DNA of 32,000 bases from Dysgonomonas gadei ATCC BAA-286 (GCF_000213555.1 NZ_GL891988.1:77823-109822); one strand, 5' to 3'; positions 9,719-19,457 are shown, counted from the stretch's first letter. A program made the numbers and translations. The notes: generated by a model not told the origin, from the letters alone.

Positions 9719-12700
9719 ATGAAAGAGTATCTAACAGTAAAAGTTTTCCGGTACATAATACTACTGGTCGTAGCAACGGGGTTACCAGTATGGCTGAACG
9801 CCCAGAATAATAAAATCCGGTTACCGGAAGAATCATTAAAAGCCCGTATAGAGAGGATTGCAGCGAATAGTGGTAAAAATATTATTTATGACGACAAATC
9901 ATTCAGCAATATTCAGGTTCCGGCAATAGACGGAGACAGCAAGGATATTAATTTACTATTGACTAAAAGCCTGGTTTCAACCGGATTCACATTTAAAAAT
10001 ATGCCGGATAATTCGATTGTTATAAAAAAGCGACAGGATGCAACAACTGAGACTGCGACACCCAAGGCAAGAGGCAGCCTGCAAGGTACAGTCCTCGATG
10101 AAAAAGGCGCACCTGTTATCGGAGCCACAGTCGGCGTTCCGGGAACGACTATCGGTACGGCTACAGATGCTGACGGTAAGTATAAATTATCGAATATATC
10201 TTCCGGGACTACGGATATTCAGATCAGCTTTATGTCTTTTGAAACATTAGTGGTAAAAGACGTGAAGATAACAGCAAATAAAATAACTCCTTTGGACGTC
10301 GTACTCAAGGAAGCTACAACCCAACTGGGGGAGGTTGTGGTAACAGCAACATACAATGAAGCGTCAGCAACAGGACTGTATGCCAGACAAAAGAACATGG
10401 CAGCCATGAGCGATGGTGTCAGTGCCGATATGATTAAAAAGACCAGCGACAATAATGTGGCTCAGGTGCTCAAGCGTGTATCGGGAGTTACCATCGACAA
10501 CGGAAAGTATGTGACTGTACGCGGTATGAGTGAGCGTTACAATAATGTGCAGCTCAACGGGGCTTCATTACCCAGTACCGAGCCTAACCGCCGCAACTTT
10601 GCTTTTGACGTAATCCCTTCAGGTTTGGTGGATAATGTGACTATCAGCAAAACTTTCAGTCCCGATATGCCGGGTGAATTTACCGGAGGATTGGTGGAAG
10701 TAAATACTTTGGCCGTTCCGGATGAGAAATTTCTGAACCTTGGTATCGGAACAGGGATGAATACGATCAGTACCGGAAAAGATTTTTACAGCAATAAACG
10801 TTTCGGAGCCGACTGGTTCCTGGGGGAAATCGATAAGCGGAAATGGTATTCCGGTAAAGATGAAGCGGCTACCGCACAGAATATCATCAATGCAGGACAG
10901 AAAAACACATATGGTTTGAGTAAATATACAGCGCAGCCGCTTCAGAACTATAGCCTGACGGCGGGGCTTCCTGTAGACCTGGGAAAAAGCTCTTTGGGCG
11001 TTGTGGCTGCTCTGACCTATCGTCACGAAGAAAACACGGAAGAAATCCTTGAAGCGCATATGATTACCCGCGACAGCATTTTTAAGCCATCGGGTAAAGG
11101 TTCATACCGCTATAAAGCAACCACAAGCATAGGGGCTGTGCTGAATACCGGCTGGCGAATGTCCGGACACAGTATTACTTGGCGCAACCTGTTCAATAAC
11201 CGGTTTAATCATACCAACCAGCAACGGTTTATTTATAAATATTATGAAGGTCAAAAGCTTGTGGAACAATACAGCGTACCCTTGATAAGTAGCCTGTGGC
11301 AAACTCAGTTAGACGGTAAGCACGACCTCTTCGGAGGAAAGTTGGTTGCCTCATGGAATGCTTCTTATAATGACATCATCCGGACAAACCCCGACGACCG
11401 TATGGCTCAGGGCGCTATTGTCGGGGAATCGCATGAAGGAGCCAGTTTTGCCGATTGGAACTGGGCTACCGGTTATGGAAATAGCTTTAATGTGGGGAGT
11501 GGACACATTATGTACAGCAGGTTGCATGAGACTAAAAAGAATATCGGAGCCAATCTGGAATATCCTTTTACGATAGATGGCAACCGTCAGAGTATCAAAG
11601 CCGGATACCTGGGCGCATTCCGCAGAGCCGGTTTTGAGCAACAATACCTGAAAGCGATGATAGAAGACAATGCTCCCAGGGCGATAGGACTACCTATAGA
11701 AGAGTATTATGCTCCGGAGCGCTTCGGCGGCAATCCTTTAGTATATGAGCTTTCCGGTATGCAAGCGACAAGAGCGGATTATTATACAGGGAGCCAGGAT
11801 ATCCATGCCGGCTATCTGATGGGTGATCTCAGTTTCTTTAAAAAATTACGGTTGATCGGAGGTGTACGCATGGAGAAAACAGATATGACCGTAACTACCG
11901 AGATATTAGAAAAAATAGTAGGGGCGACCCCCAAAGACAGTACTGTAATCATCAAAAAAACAGACTGGCTGCCGGCTGCGACCCTCATATACAGCATAAC
12001 ACCCGAACTGAATGCCCGCGCCTCATACAGTAAAACCCTTGCCCGTCCGGATTTCAGGGAATTGTCCCAGTCAAAGTATTATAACGTGGATGACCGCGTA
12101 TGGGTAATTAACGGTTCCGGCCTCGAACAAAGCCGCATCCATAATTACGATGTCCGGGTAGAATGGTATCCACGTCCGGGGGAAGTATTATCTGTCAGCT
12201 ATTTCCGGAAGAAATTTATCAAGCCGGTGGAAATGGTTATGCGTATGCTAAGCGATGCGCAGAACTTTGAAATGTATAGTATGAACCTTGATAACTCTAC
12301 GGCCAAAGGTTTTGAGCTCAACTGGCGTAAAGAATTAGGATTTATTTCCCCGTTGCTGCATGACCTCTATTTCACGGGAAACTATACATGGATGGAAGCC
12401 AATGTAAAGTATAATCAGGAGAAACTATTAAATCCGAATATAGAAGATTCTAATCCGGACTTCGACCGTGACCGCCCCTTACAGGGATTAAGTCCCTATA
12501 CCCTCAATCTGGGAATTGCTTATGAGGGAAGCATAATCGGCGCTGCTGTCAACTACAACCGCAACGGGCGTAAACTGGTGTATGCAGGGGAAGAGACAAA
12601 GTATGACCAGTATGAAAATTCACGGGATGTATTAGACCTGCAACTTTCAGCACGTTTGATGAAAGATCAGCGTCTGGAATTAAAGTTCAATATATCCGAC

Positions 12701-12901
12701 ATCTTCAATCAGGATTTTATTGTGTACCGTAACACACGGGTAGTAGATTATACCGCAGAGAATCCCAATCCGGATACCGGAACCGCCGGTACTTACTACC
12801 TCGATCTGACAGGTGATATGGATTACAACAAAGGCGATTACATAATGAGCCGGATAAAGAAAGGTATAAATCTGTCAATAAGCGCAAGTTATAAATTTTA
12901 G
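9719..12901 (+). CDS. TonB-dependent outer-membrane receptor with N-terminal STN and CarboxypepD_reg-like domains
   Basis: STN-like region (LKARIERIAANSGKNIIYDDKSFSN), GTVLDEKGAPVIGATVGVPGTTIGTATDADGKYKL, plug domain (VAQVLKRVSGVTIDNGKYVTVRGMSERYNNVQLNGA), beta-barrel ending in ...ISASYKF. Directly downstream of the FecR-type gene. Confidence 0.95.
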   Translation: MKEYLTVKVFRYIILLVVATGLPVWLNAQNNKIRLPEESLKARIERIAANSGKNIIYDDKSFSNIQVPAIDGDSKDINLLLTKSLVSTGFTFKNMPDNSIVIKKRQDATTETATPKARGSLQGTVLDEKGAPVIGATVGVPGTTIGTATDADGKYKLSNISSGTTDIQISFMSFETLVVKDVKITANKITPLDVVLKEATTQLGEVVVTATYNEASATGLYARQKNMAAMSDGVSADMIKKTSDNNVAQVLKRVSGVTIDNGKYVTVRGMSERYNNVQLNGASLPSTEPNRRNFAFDVIPSGLVDNVTISKTFSPDMPGEFTGGLVEVNTLAVPDEKFLNLGIGTGMNTISTGKDFYSNKRFGADWFLGEIDKRKWYSGKDEAATAQNIINAGQKNTYGLSKYTAQPLQNYSLTAGLPVDLGKSSLGVVAALTYRHEENTEEILEAHMITRDSIFKPSGKGSYRYKATTSIGAVLNTGWRMSGHSITWRNLFNNRFNHTNQQRFIYKYYEGQKLVEQYSVPLISSLWQTQLDGKHDLFGGKLVASWNASYNDIIRTNPDDRMAQGAIVGESHEGASFADWNWATGYGNSFNVGSGHIMYSRLHETKKNIGANLEYPFTIDGNRQSIKAGYLGAFRRAGFEQQYLKAMIEDNAPRAIGLPIEEYYAPERFGGNPLVYELSGMQATRADYYTGSQDIHAGYLMGDLSFFKKLRLIGGVRMEKTDMTVTTEILEKIVGATPKDSTVIIKKTDWLPAATLIYSITPELNARASYSKTLARPDFRELSQSKYYNVDDRVWVINGSGLEQSRIHNYDVRVEWYPRPGEVLSVSYFRKKFIKPVEMVMRMLSDAQNFEMYSMNLDNSTAKGFELNWRKELGFISPLLHDLYFTGNYTWMEANVKYNQEKLLNPNIEDSNPDFDRDRPLQGLSPYTLNLGIAYEGSIIGAAVNYNRNGRKLVYAGEETKYDQYENSRDVLDLQLSARLMKDQRLELKFNISDIFNQDFIVYRNTRVVDYTAENPNPDTGTAGTYYLDLTGDMDYNKGDYIMSRIKKGINLSISASYKF

Positions 12902-13236
12902 TAAATAATAATCATCAGGTGAGACGTCACCGGTGTAAGAATAGATGGGTACTTATCGCGTGTGCAGGGAGAATAGATCAACCGTTTTGACGTTTGCCGA
13001 AACCTGGAATATACAATGGAAGAAATAAGAGGCTTTTACCTTTAAGAAGGAAAAGACCAATGCATAAAAAAGCATGTTCATCGTTTTCCGCAAAGCAACA
13101 AAACAACGTTTTCCAGAGGGTCGTTTTACGGACATTTTACACCGGAAATGAAAGCGTATCCGTTTTTCCCAGCTAGAAGTAAAAACCGAAAATGTTAATT
13201 AAAAGGGGAAATTTAAAACACTTAAAAGTAAAAAAA

Positions 13237-14538
13237 ATGAAAAAGCTTATTTTTTTCTTGGCTGTAACAGTAGTATCTGTTTTATTTACAGGATGCTCTA
13301 ATGAGATAACGGATGAAGGCCCTGCAAATGTGGCAACGAAAGCGACGGTAACCATCCCTCACAATACAATCATCACTTCAGATGTTACGTGGAGTAATAC
13401 GAATGAGTATATCCTGAACGGGAAAGTCTATGTAAAGGCACCTGCCACACTGACTATTCAGGCAGGAACTACAGTGAAAGGTGTATATAATGCCGATCCG
13501 GAACTGGCCTCTGCCTTAGTCGTAACACGCGGAGCAAAAATCAGCGCTATCGGTACTTTAACCAGTCCGGTAATCCTGACTGCCCAAAATGGACAGGAAG
13601 GCGGTTGGGGAGGACTTGTTCTTCTTGGGAAAGCTCCTCTTAACAGAGTCGATCAGTTGATAGAAGGTATTAATCCTTCCGTTGTGCCTTCAGGCGTTGA
13701 CGTGTATTACGGAGGAGGCGGAGCCGGACTAGGTGATGCTGACGACAATTCAGGAACATTACGCTATGTACGTGTGGAATACGCCGGGGCTAAAATCTCA
13801 GAAGCGAATGAATTAAATGCCTTTACTTTCGGAGGAGTAGGCCGCGGAACAACATTAGACCATTTACAAGCTTACCGCGGAGCTGATGATGCATTTGAAT
13901 TTTTCGGAGGGACTGCAGATGCTAAATATCTGGTTTCTACCGCGACAGACGATGATGCTTTTGACTTCGATTTCGGTTACCGGGGGCGTATCCAGTTTGC
14001 CGTTTCCACTATTGATCCTTCATTGAGCTATTCCAGCGATCCTAATGGTATCGAGTGTGATAATGACGGAACCGGATCAGCGGCAGAACCTTTTACGCAT
14101 CCTACATTAAGTAACCTTACAATCAGCGGTACACAATCAGGTTCGGCAGCCAATGCTTTAAAGTCTGCAGCTAACTTCCGTAGAAATGCACAGTTCACTT
14201 TAGTAAACAGTGTACTTTATGGATTCCCTTCAGGCGTGCTCAAAGAAACAACCAACTCGTTCACATTATTGAATAATGTGGTTTCTTCTACAGTTGCTAA
14301 TCAGGAATTCAACGCGTTTACTCCTGATGTAAGCAATCTTGCCAGAGCCTGGAATAATCTGATTCTCTCTAGTCCATTTGGCGCATACAAATCAAGCGCT
14401 CTGCAACCTACCGGTGGCGCAGCAATAGATGGAAGTTACTATTCACATACAGATACCTGGTTTACCAATACACAATATAAAGGTGCTTTAGGTAGTAGCG
14501 GTGCTAACTGGTTAACACAAGGAAGCTGGGTGAGATAA
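13237..14538 (+). CDS. Lipoprotein, putative right-handed beta-helix protein associated with a TonB receptor
   Basis: ATG at 13237; lipobox-like LFTGC; repeated WGGLVLLGKAPLNR, GTLRYVRVEYAGA, DDAFEFFGGTADAKYL, DDDAFDFDFGYRGRIQF. The ORF-track start at 13192 is probably too far upstream. Confidence 0.85.
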   Translation: MKKLIFFLAVTVVSVLFTGCSNEITDEGPANVATKATVTIPHNTIITSDVTWSNTNEYILNGKVYVKAPATLTIQAGTTVKGVYNADPELASALVVTRGAKISAIGTLTSPVILTAQNGQEGGWGGLVLLGKAPLNRVDQLIEGINPSVVPSGVDVYYGGGGAGLGDADDNSGTLRYVRVEYAGAKISEANELNAFTFGGVGRGTTLDHLQAYRGADDAFEFFGGTADAKYLVSTATDDDAFDFDFGYRGRIQFAVSTIDPSLSYSSDPNGIECDNDGTGSAAEPFTHPTLSNLTISGTQSGSAANALKSAANFRRNAQFTLVNSVLYGFPSGVLKETTNSFTLLNNVVSSTVANQEFNAFTPDVSNLARAWNNLILSSPFGAYKSSALQPTGGAAIDGSYYSHTDTWFTNTQYKGALGSSGANWLTQGSWVR

Positions 14539-14579
14539 CGGATAATGAAAAGATCAAATTCTGATTAAATAAACAAATA

Positions 14580-14625
14580 AACAGGAGTACATACCGGTGG
14601 GTACCTATCGGTTATGTACCCTGTT
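14580..14625 (+). promoter_or_regulatory. Intercistronic stem-loop
   Basis: Left arm AACAGGAGTACATACCG (14580-14596), loop of about 12 nt, right arm CGGTTATGTACCCTGTT (14609-14625). Arms complementary apart from small bulges. Lies just upstream of the ATG at 14645. Confidence 0.55.
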
Positions 14626-14644
14626 TGAAAATAAATATAAACAA

Positions 14645-15679
14645 ATGAGACAAAAAATATGGATGGGTATTATCTGCCTCTTCCTTCTTTCAATAACGAG
14701 TTGTAGTACAGATGAAGAATTAAATGACACAGTTGATGGATTTTATACATTAAATGCTGACTTTGTCTCCCCTTCCAATATCAGAAACAATTACGCTATA
14801 TTGTTTAATAATGATACAATAAAGAATACATACTATGTAGGCAGGGCCAATCCCTCCGGAATATTGACGGTCTTTGAAAAAGGAAGCAAAGAGCCGGTTT
14901 ATACGGAAGAGTTGAAGCTGGCAAGCAATATGAATGTTCAATTCATCAAACTTGGAGACAAAATAGATACCTATTCCGATGATAAATACACGAAATTCAG
15001 CCTGGATATAAAATGGGCTACAAATGAAGACCGGGACAAATATAAAGCAACTTTTAATGGTTCTGAATTAAATACAGAGCAGGGGAATATCAATTATGTA
15101 TTGACAGAAGCGCTAACGGGCTCATTGCAACTGAAAAAGATAGATGACGGAAATTTAGTACTCGACAGGGAAATAACTGTGGAACCAAATGGAACGTTTA
15201 CATTCTTACAGTTGTCATCTACTGAATTTTTAGCTATGCCTCCGGGAGATGAAGAAGACCCTGAGTCAAATGATTATAAAAAGATAAGAGTATACTACAC
15301 CATAACAGACGACTTAAGGGAAGAATCTTATACAATTAAATTCTATACCTTCGATTCATGGTTATACGATAAAGAACAGGTGGTAGATATTGGCTATGAA
15401 TTTGAAATTAAAGCAGGGGAATTATCTCCTTATATTTTAGTGTACGGACGTACTTTTGAAAACGAAAATGGTGATGGCGGGCCGGCTTTCCTTACATACG
15501 ATCTGATTGCAAAAGACGGGACTGTAGTAAGGGAACATGATCCAAACCAAACAGGAATAACCTTTAATGATCCGGATTGGGGCGGAGGAGATTATTACAA
15601 ATATTTAAATAAGTTTGAGACTTACAATATAAATTTTATTGGAGCTGGAACCTTAGTCTTAGAAGAAAAATGGGAATAA
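14645..15679 (+). CDS. Hypothetical lipoprotein
   Basis: Signal peptide with lipobox (MRQKIWMGIICLFLLSITSCSTDEE), 345 aa, downstream of the beta-helix lipoprotein. ATG at 14645 is favoured over the track start at 14597. Confidence 0.75.
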   Translation: MRQKIWMGIICLFLLSITSCSTDEELNDTVDGFYTLNADFVSPSNIRNNYAILFNNDTIKNTYYVGRANPSGILTVFEKGSKEPVYTEELKLASNMNVQFIKLGDKIDTYSDDKYTKFSLDIKWATNEDRDKYKATFNGSELNTEQGNINYVLTEALTGSLQLKKIDDGNLVLDREITVEPNGTFTFLQLSSTEFLAMPPGDEEDPESNDYKKIRVYYTITDDLREESYTIKFYTFDSWLYDKEQVVDIGYEFEIKAGELSPYILVYGRTFENENGDGGPAFLTYDLIAKDGTVVREHDPNQTGITFNDPDWGGGDYYKYLNKFETYNINFIGAGTLVLEEKWE

Positions 15680-15779
15680 TTATTTTTATTCTATCATTAA
15701 TGTTGATTAACAGGATTTTAGAGCAAGTGAAGCTGAATTTTTCCGGAAAAGTTTATCTATGTAGGTAAGCTGGTAGCCT

Positions 15780-16300
15780 TTAGCTGGTAGCTGATAGCTC
15801 TTTGAAGGAATGAATAAGCCCCCTCAATCCCCCAAGGGGGACTTACAGAGAGGGAAAAAGTAGCAGGAGAAAAGAGAGGGAAAATATGTAACTTTTGTAA
15901 CCTTTGTTACCTTTTTGGAATTGTAGGGGTGCCCCTTGTGGGTACCCGCTAATAGCAATAACGGGCGACCACAAGGGGGCACCTACAAAGAATGCAAAAT
16001 GTGTTACCTTTGTTACCTTTTTCATTTTAACCACGGAGTCAAAGGAGTAACACGGAGTTTTTAATAAACGGGATGCTTCGCTTCACTCAGCATGACAGGG
16101 TATAAGAGTCCTCAAAAGGCTAACGGCTAAAAGCTATCCGCTAATAGCTAATTCTGTTACTGATGACTGCTAACTGTTCACTGATTTCGTGTTACTTCTG
16201 TTACTTTTTAACCATATATGGTTAATATATGTAAAAATAATAGTATAAAAACAGTAAATAAAGTGTCAGATGTGTCAGGTTTTAACGCTATATAGTTAAT
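15780..16300. repeat. Mosaic non-coding intergenic repeat region, copy B
   Basis: Same units as copy A in the same order: TAGCTGATAGCTCTTTGAA, GTAACCTTTGTTACCTTTTT (15888-15916, 16001-16022, variant 16189-16209), CCACGGAGTCAAAGGAGTAACACGGAGTTTTT, ACGGGATGCTTCGCTTCAC, GATGACTGCTAACTG, GTGTCAGATGTGTCAGGTTTT. Confidence 0.75.
15922..15987. repeat. Imperfect inverted repeat, about 26-27 nt arms
   Basis: TGTAGGGGTGCCCCTTGTGGGTACCCG (15922-15948), 13 nt loop, then CGGGCGACCACAAGGGGGCACCTACA (15962-15987), near-complementary with a few mismatches or indels. Confidence 0.8.
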
Positions 16301-16397
16301 TAATGTAAAACTAATTAATAGTTATAACTATTGATTTTGTGCACTACCCTGATAGAACTAATGGCTTTGTAATACATTGTATAATCTCCTGTATATT

Positions 16398-17624
16398 ATG
16401 AAAGATAAGAGTCTTTTACATATTTGGTTTCAAAAACGGGGAAGTTATCTTGTCATATCCCTTTTTGCATTATTGTTTATGACAGGATGCTCTTCTGACG
16501 ATGATGATACTGTTCCTGTTGCGATTTCATACACGACATTGATTTATATGGCCGCAGATAATTCATTGGACAGTGATGTGGATTATACTATCGCGAAAAT
16601 AAAAGAAGGAGCTAAGAAAAGTGCAGGAACAGCAGTGATATATGTAGACAGGAAAGACGCTTCCCCACGGCTTTTCAAAGTCAATAGGGACGGGACAGAA
16701 ACCGTCCTGAAAAGCTATGAAGAAGAAAATTCCGCGGATGCTGAAACATTGGTACGTGTCATTCAGGAAACAAAGCAATTGGTGCCTTCCGAAACATTCG
16801 GGCTGGTAATCTGGTCGCATTCTATGGGCTGGTACCCTGCCACTTATATCGAAGAAGAGAGTAATGAAAATATCAGGTTGAAATATGTAGCCATCGATGA
16901 AAATCCCGATATACCGGAAAGCTCCATTTCTTTTATGGAAGTGGATGACATGGCAAAAGCATTGCCGGACAAAGTAGCCGAATATATCTGGTTCGATGTC
17001 TGCCTGATGGGGACAGTGGAGGGCTTGTATGAGTTTCGCAGTAAGGCGGATTACCTTGTGGCTTCACCGACAGAGGTATTGTTTGCAGCAGATTACGATG
17101 CCTCGGGTGTTCCTTATGCTAAGGTTCTGCCATTACTGTTTGGGGGTAAGAACGAATTGACGGATGCCTGTAAAATCTATTACAGGCATTATAACGAAAT
17201 GAAATATGAAATTCTTCGTTCGGCAAGCATTACGTTGATAGATGCCAAAGAGTTGGATGGGTTATACGCGGAAACAGAGAAAATTCTTTCGGGGAAATTA
17301 TTGGATATTGAAAATATGACAACCGAAGGTATTCAGACATATCATACTAAAAATATCCCGCAGATATTTTTCGATTTCGCAAACTTTATCAAAGTAAGCA
17401 GTACAACAGAGCAATACAGTTCATTCGAAAAACAGCTTTCCCGGGTTGTCCTTTATAAAGCGGCCACAGCTACTTTTATGGTCAGCGCGGATAATAAGTT
17501 TAGCATCGATCCGGCAAAATTTAGCGGGTTGAGTGTATATATCCCTTTGCTGAGGTGGAAAGGGACGAATGATTACCGGTATTATTTCTCACGGATGGAA
17601 TGGAGTGAAGTATATGGAGAATAA
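16398..17624 (+). CDS. Clostripain-family (C11-like) cysteine peptidase, lipoprotein
   Basis: Lipobox (LFALLFMTGCSSDDDD); YMAADNSLDSDVDYTIAKIKEGAK; candidate His motif VIWSHSMGWYP; candidate Cys motif IWFDVCLMGTVEGLYE. ATG at 16398 preferred over TTG at 16377. Confidence 0.87.
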   Translation: MKDKSLLHIWFQKRGSYLVISLFALLFMTGCSSDDDDTVPVAISYTTLIYMAADNSLDSDVDYTIAKIKEGAKKSAGTAVIYVDRKDASPRLFKVNRDGTETVLKSYEEENSADAETLVRVIQETKQLVPSETFGLVIWSHSMGWYPATYIEEESNENIRLKYVAIDENPDIPESSISFMEVDDMAKALPDKVAEYIWFDVCLMGTVEGLYEFRSKADYLVASPTEVLFAADYDASGVPYAKVLPLLFGGKNELTDACKIYYRHYNEMKYEILRSASITLIDAKELDGLYAETEKILSGKLLDIENMTTEGIQTYHTKNIPQIFFDFANFIKVSSTTEQYSSFEKQLSRVVLYKAATATFMVSADNKFSIDPAKFSGLSVYIPLLRWKGTNDYRYYFSRMEWSEVYGE

Positions 17625-17752
17625 GTAATCTTTAAATTGAAACTAAATTACTTCTTCCAGAGATGCATACGATAATATTTATCAGGATGTATCGGTAAAG
17701 TTGAGACTGCATTCTTTCATAAATTTGATCTGGCAGCAAATGAGAAAATAGT

Positions 17753-18661
17753 TTATATTTCATTCTTTCTAAAGACTTTCGGAGTAGCCTGCTCACTCTT
17801 TTTAAAGAACTTAATAAAATGTGACGGATCTTCGAATCCCAGACAGAAAGCTATCTCATTGATCGTCCAGTTGGTATGTTTCAGCAAGGCTCTTGCTTCT
17901 AAGGCTATCCGCTCTGAGATTAATAGCTTTGTAGTTTTTCCTGTGACTTCTTTCAGTACCTTGTTCAGGTGATTGACATGGATATTTAGCTGCTGTGCAT
18001 AGTCACCGGGAGAATGAAGGCGAATACTTTGTATGGTCGACTCTATCGGAAACTGTCTTTCCAGTAGTTCGAGGAATAAAGATGTGATTCTGTCAGAGGC
18101 ATGAGATTCTTTATGTCCAACAGGCTGCATTATAGCAGGACGCATCTTTAATGCGGTGTGAATAAGTTCTGTAACCAGATTTCGAAGGACATCGTATTTA
18201 TAGACATAATCGGAATTAATCTCCGAAAACATCTTGTCATAAATTATACGTACCTGCCTGAATTCTTCATCATTCAGATCCAAGATAGGTATTCCATGAG
18301 GCTGAAACAAAGGATAGGCTTTAAAATCGCCATATCCTTTGAAAAAATCTTCCGTGAAAACACAAAATGCGCCTGTCTTATCCAGACTCAAAGGTTCCCA
18401 GTTATAGGGAACCTGAGGATTTGCAAACAACAGCATGTTATTTTCCACAACCAGCGTTTTGTCGGCATAATGAACGGTATTACTACCGGATATCAGGCTT
18501 ATTTTATAGTAATCCTTACGGCTGTATGGGATCGTATGATCCGGTTGTATATAATCATCCAGAGAAAAGACATTGAACTGGCCTATCTTTCCGATAATCT
18601 CACTAGGTAAGATCCCTAATTTAATGCGATAAAAATCTGCTAATGACAATGCCTTTTCCAT
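17753..18661 (-). CDS. AraC-family transcriptional regulator
   Basis: C-terminal double HTH (YAQQLNIHVNHLNKVLKEVTGKTTKLLISERIALEARALLKHTNWTINEIAFCLGFEDPSHFIKFFKK) and cupin-like N-terminal domain. Confidence 0.93.
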   Translation of the reverse strand: MEKALSLADFYRIKLGILPSEIIGKIGQFNVFSLDDYIQPDHTIPYSRKDYYKISLISGSNTVHYADKTLVVENNMLLFANPQVPYNWEPLSLDKTGAFCVFTEDFFKGYGDFKAYPLFQPHGIPILDLNDEEFRQVRIIYDKMFSEINSDYVYKYDVLRNLVTELIHTALKMRPAIMQPVGHKESHASDRITSLFLELLERQFPIESTIQSIRLHSPGDYAQQLNIHVNHLNKVLKEVTGKTTKLLISERIALEARALLKHTNWTINEIAFCLGFEDPSHFIKFFKKSEQATPKVFRKNEI

Positions 18662-18692
18662 TATAATACAAGCTTAAATACTCTTTTCCTTT

Positions 18693-19457
18693 TTAAATAT
18701 TTTGTCCTCCTGAAACCTCAATCCGCTGGGCATTCACCCATCGTGCGTCATCAGTACATAAAAATGCAACTACTCCGCCAATATCCTCGGGCAAACCGAC
18801 TCTTCCTAATGGGATCGTACTGGCGGTTATTTTATTGACCTGTTCGTTATCTCTGACAATACCTCCGCCAAAATCAGTGGCTATAGCACCAGGAGCAACA
18901 GCGTTAGACCGAATACCTCTGGCTCCAAGTTCTTTTGCCTGATATCTTGTTAATACCTCAATAGCTCCTTTCATAGATGCATAAGCGGAATATCCGGGCC
19001 GGGAGAAACGTGCCAGACCTGTTGAGATATTGATGATACCACCTCCGTCTTCGAGTATGTTCAATGCTTTTTGGGTAAAGAAATAAACACCCTTGAAATG
19101 GATATTGAAAAGACTGTCGAAATCCTCTTCGGTTGTTTCGGCAAAAAGAGAATTAATTCCGATGCCTGCGTTATTTACCAGATAGTTTATTTTCTGAGTA
19201 CCAAATTTCACAGACAACTCCTGCTTAAGTAATTCGAAAAAAGAATCGAAGCTTTTTACATCGGCAGTATTGAGTTGGAGAGCAATGGCTTTTTGTCCGA
19301 GTTGCTCTATCTCTGCGATTGTTCCTAAAGCACTTTCCTTTTTGCTGTTGTAGGTAAGGACTACATCCAGCCCTTTACGGGCTATATTTAAAGCCATATT
19401 TTTACCTAGCCCACGGCTGCCGCCTGTTACTAATGCGATTTTTGATTGTTGTGACAT
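18693..19457 (-). CDS. Short-chain dehydrogenase/reductase (SDR)
   Basis: GGSRGLGKNMA cofactor motif, NNAG, YSAYASMKGA (YxxxK), PGAIATDF. Immediately upstream of the AraC gene, same strand. Confidence 0.93.
   Translation of the reverse strand: MSQQSKIALVTGGSRGLGKNMALNIARKGLDVVLTYNSKKESALGTIAEIEQLGQKAIALQLNTADVKSFDSFFELLKQELSVKFGTQKINYLVNNAGIGINSLFAETTEEDFDSLFNIHFKGVYFFTQKALNILEDGGGIINISTGLARFSRPGYSAYASMKGAIEVLTRYQAKELGARGIRSNAVAPGAIATDFGGGIVRDNEQVNKITASTIPLGRVGLPEDIGGVVAFLCTDDARWVNAQRIEVSGGQNI

Noticed and set aside
10619-11644. Antisense ORFs inside the TonB receptor (10619-11059, 11351-11644 and others)
   Set aside because: Complement of a strong TonB-receptor CDS; no family features.
15843-16034. 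63 aa minus-strand ORF in the repeat region
   Set aside because: Its sequence is the translation of the GTTACC repeat units and the hairpin, so it is a repeat artefact.
16210-16223. Perfect 14 nt palindrome AACCATATATGGTT
   Set aside because: Short and AT-rich; could be a regulator site but may arise by chance, with no second copy seen.
18158-18610. 150 aa plus-strand ORF opposite the AraC gene
   Set aside because: Overlaps the convincing AraC CDS on the other strand, with no recognisable protein family.
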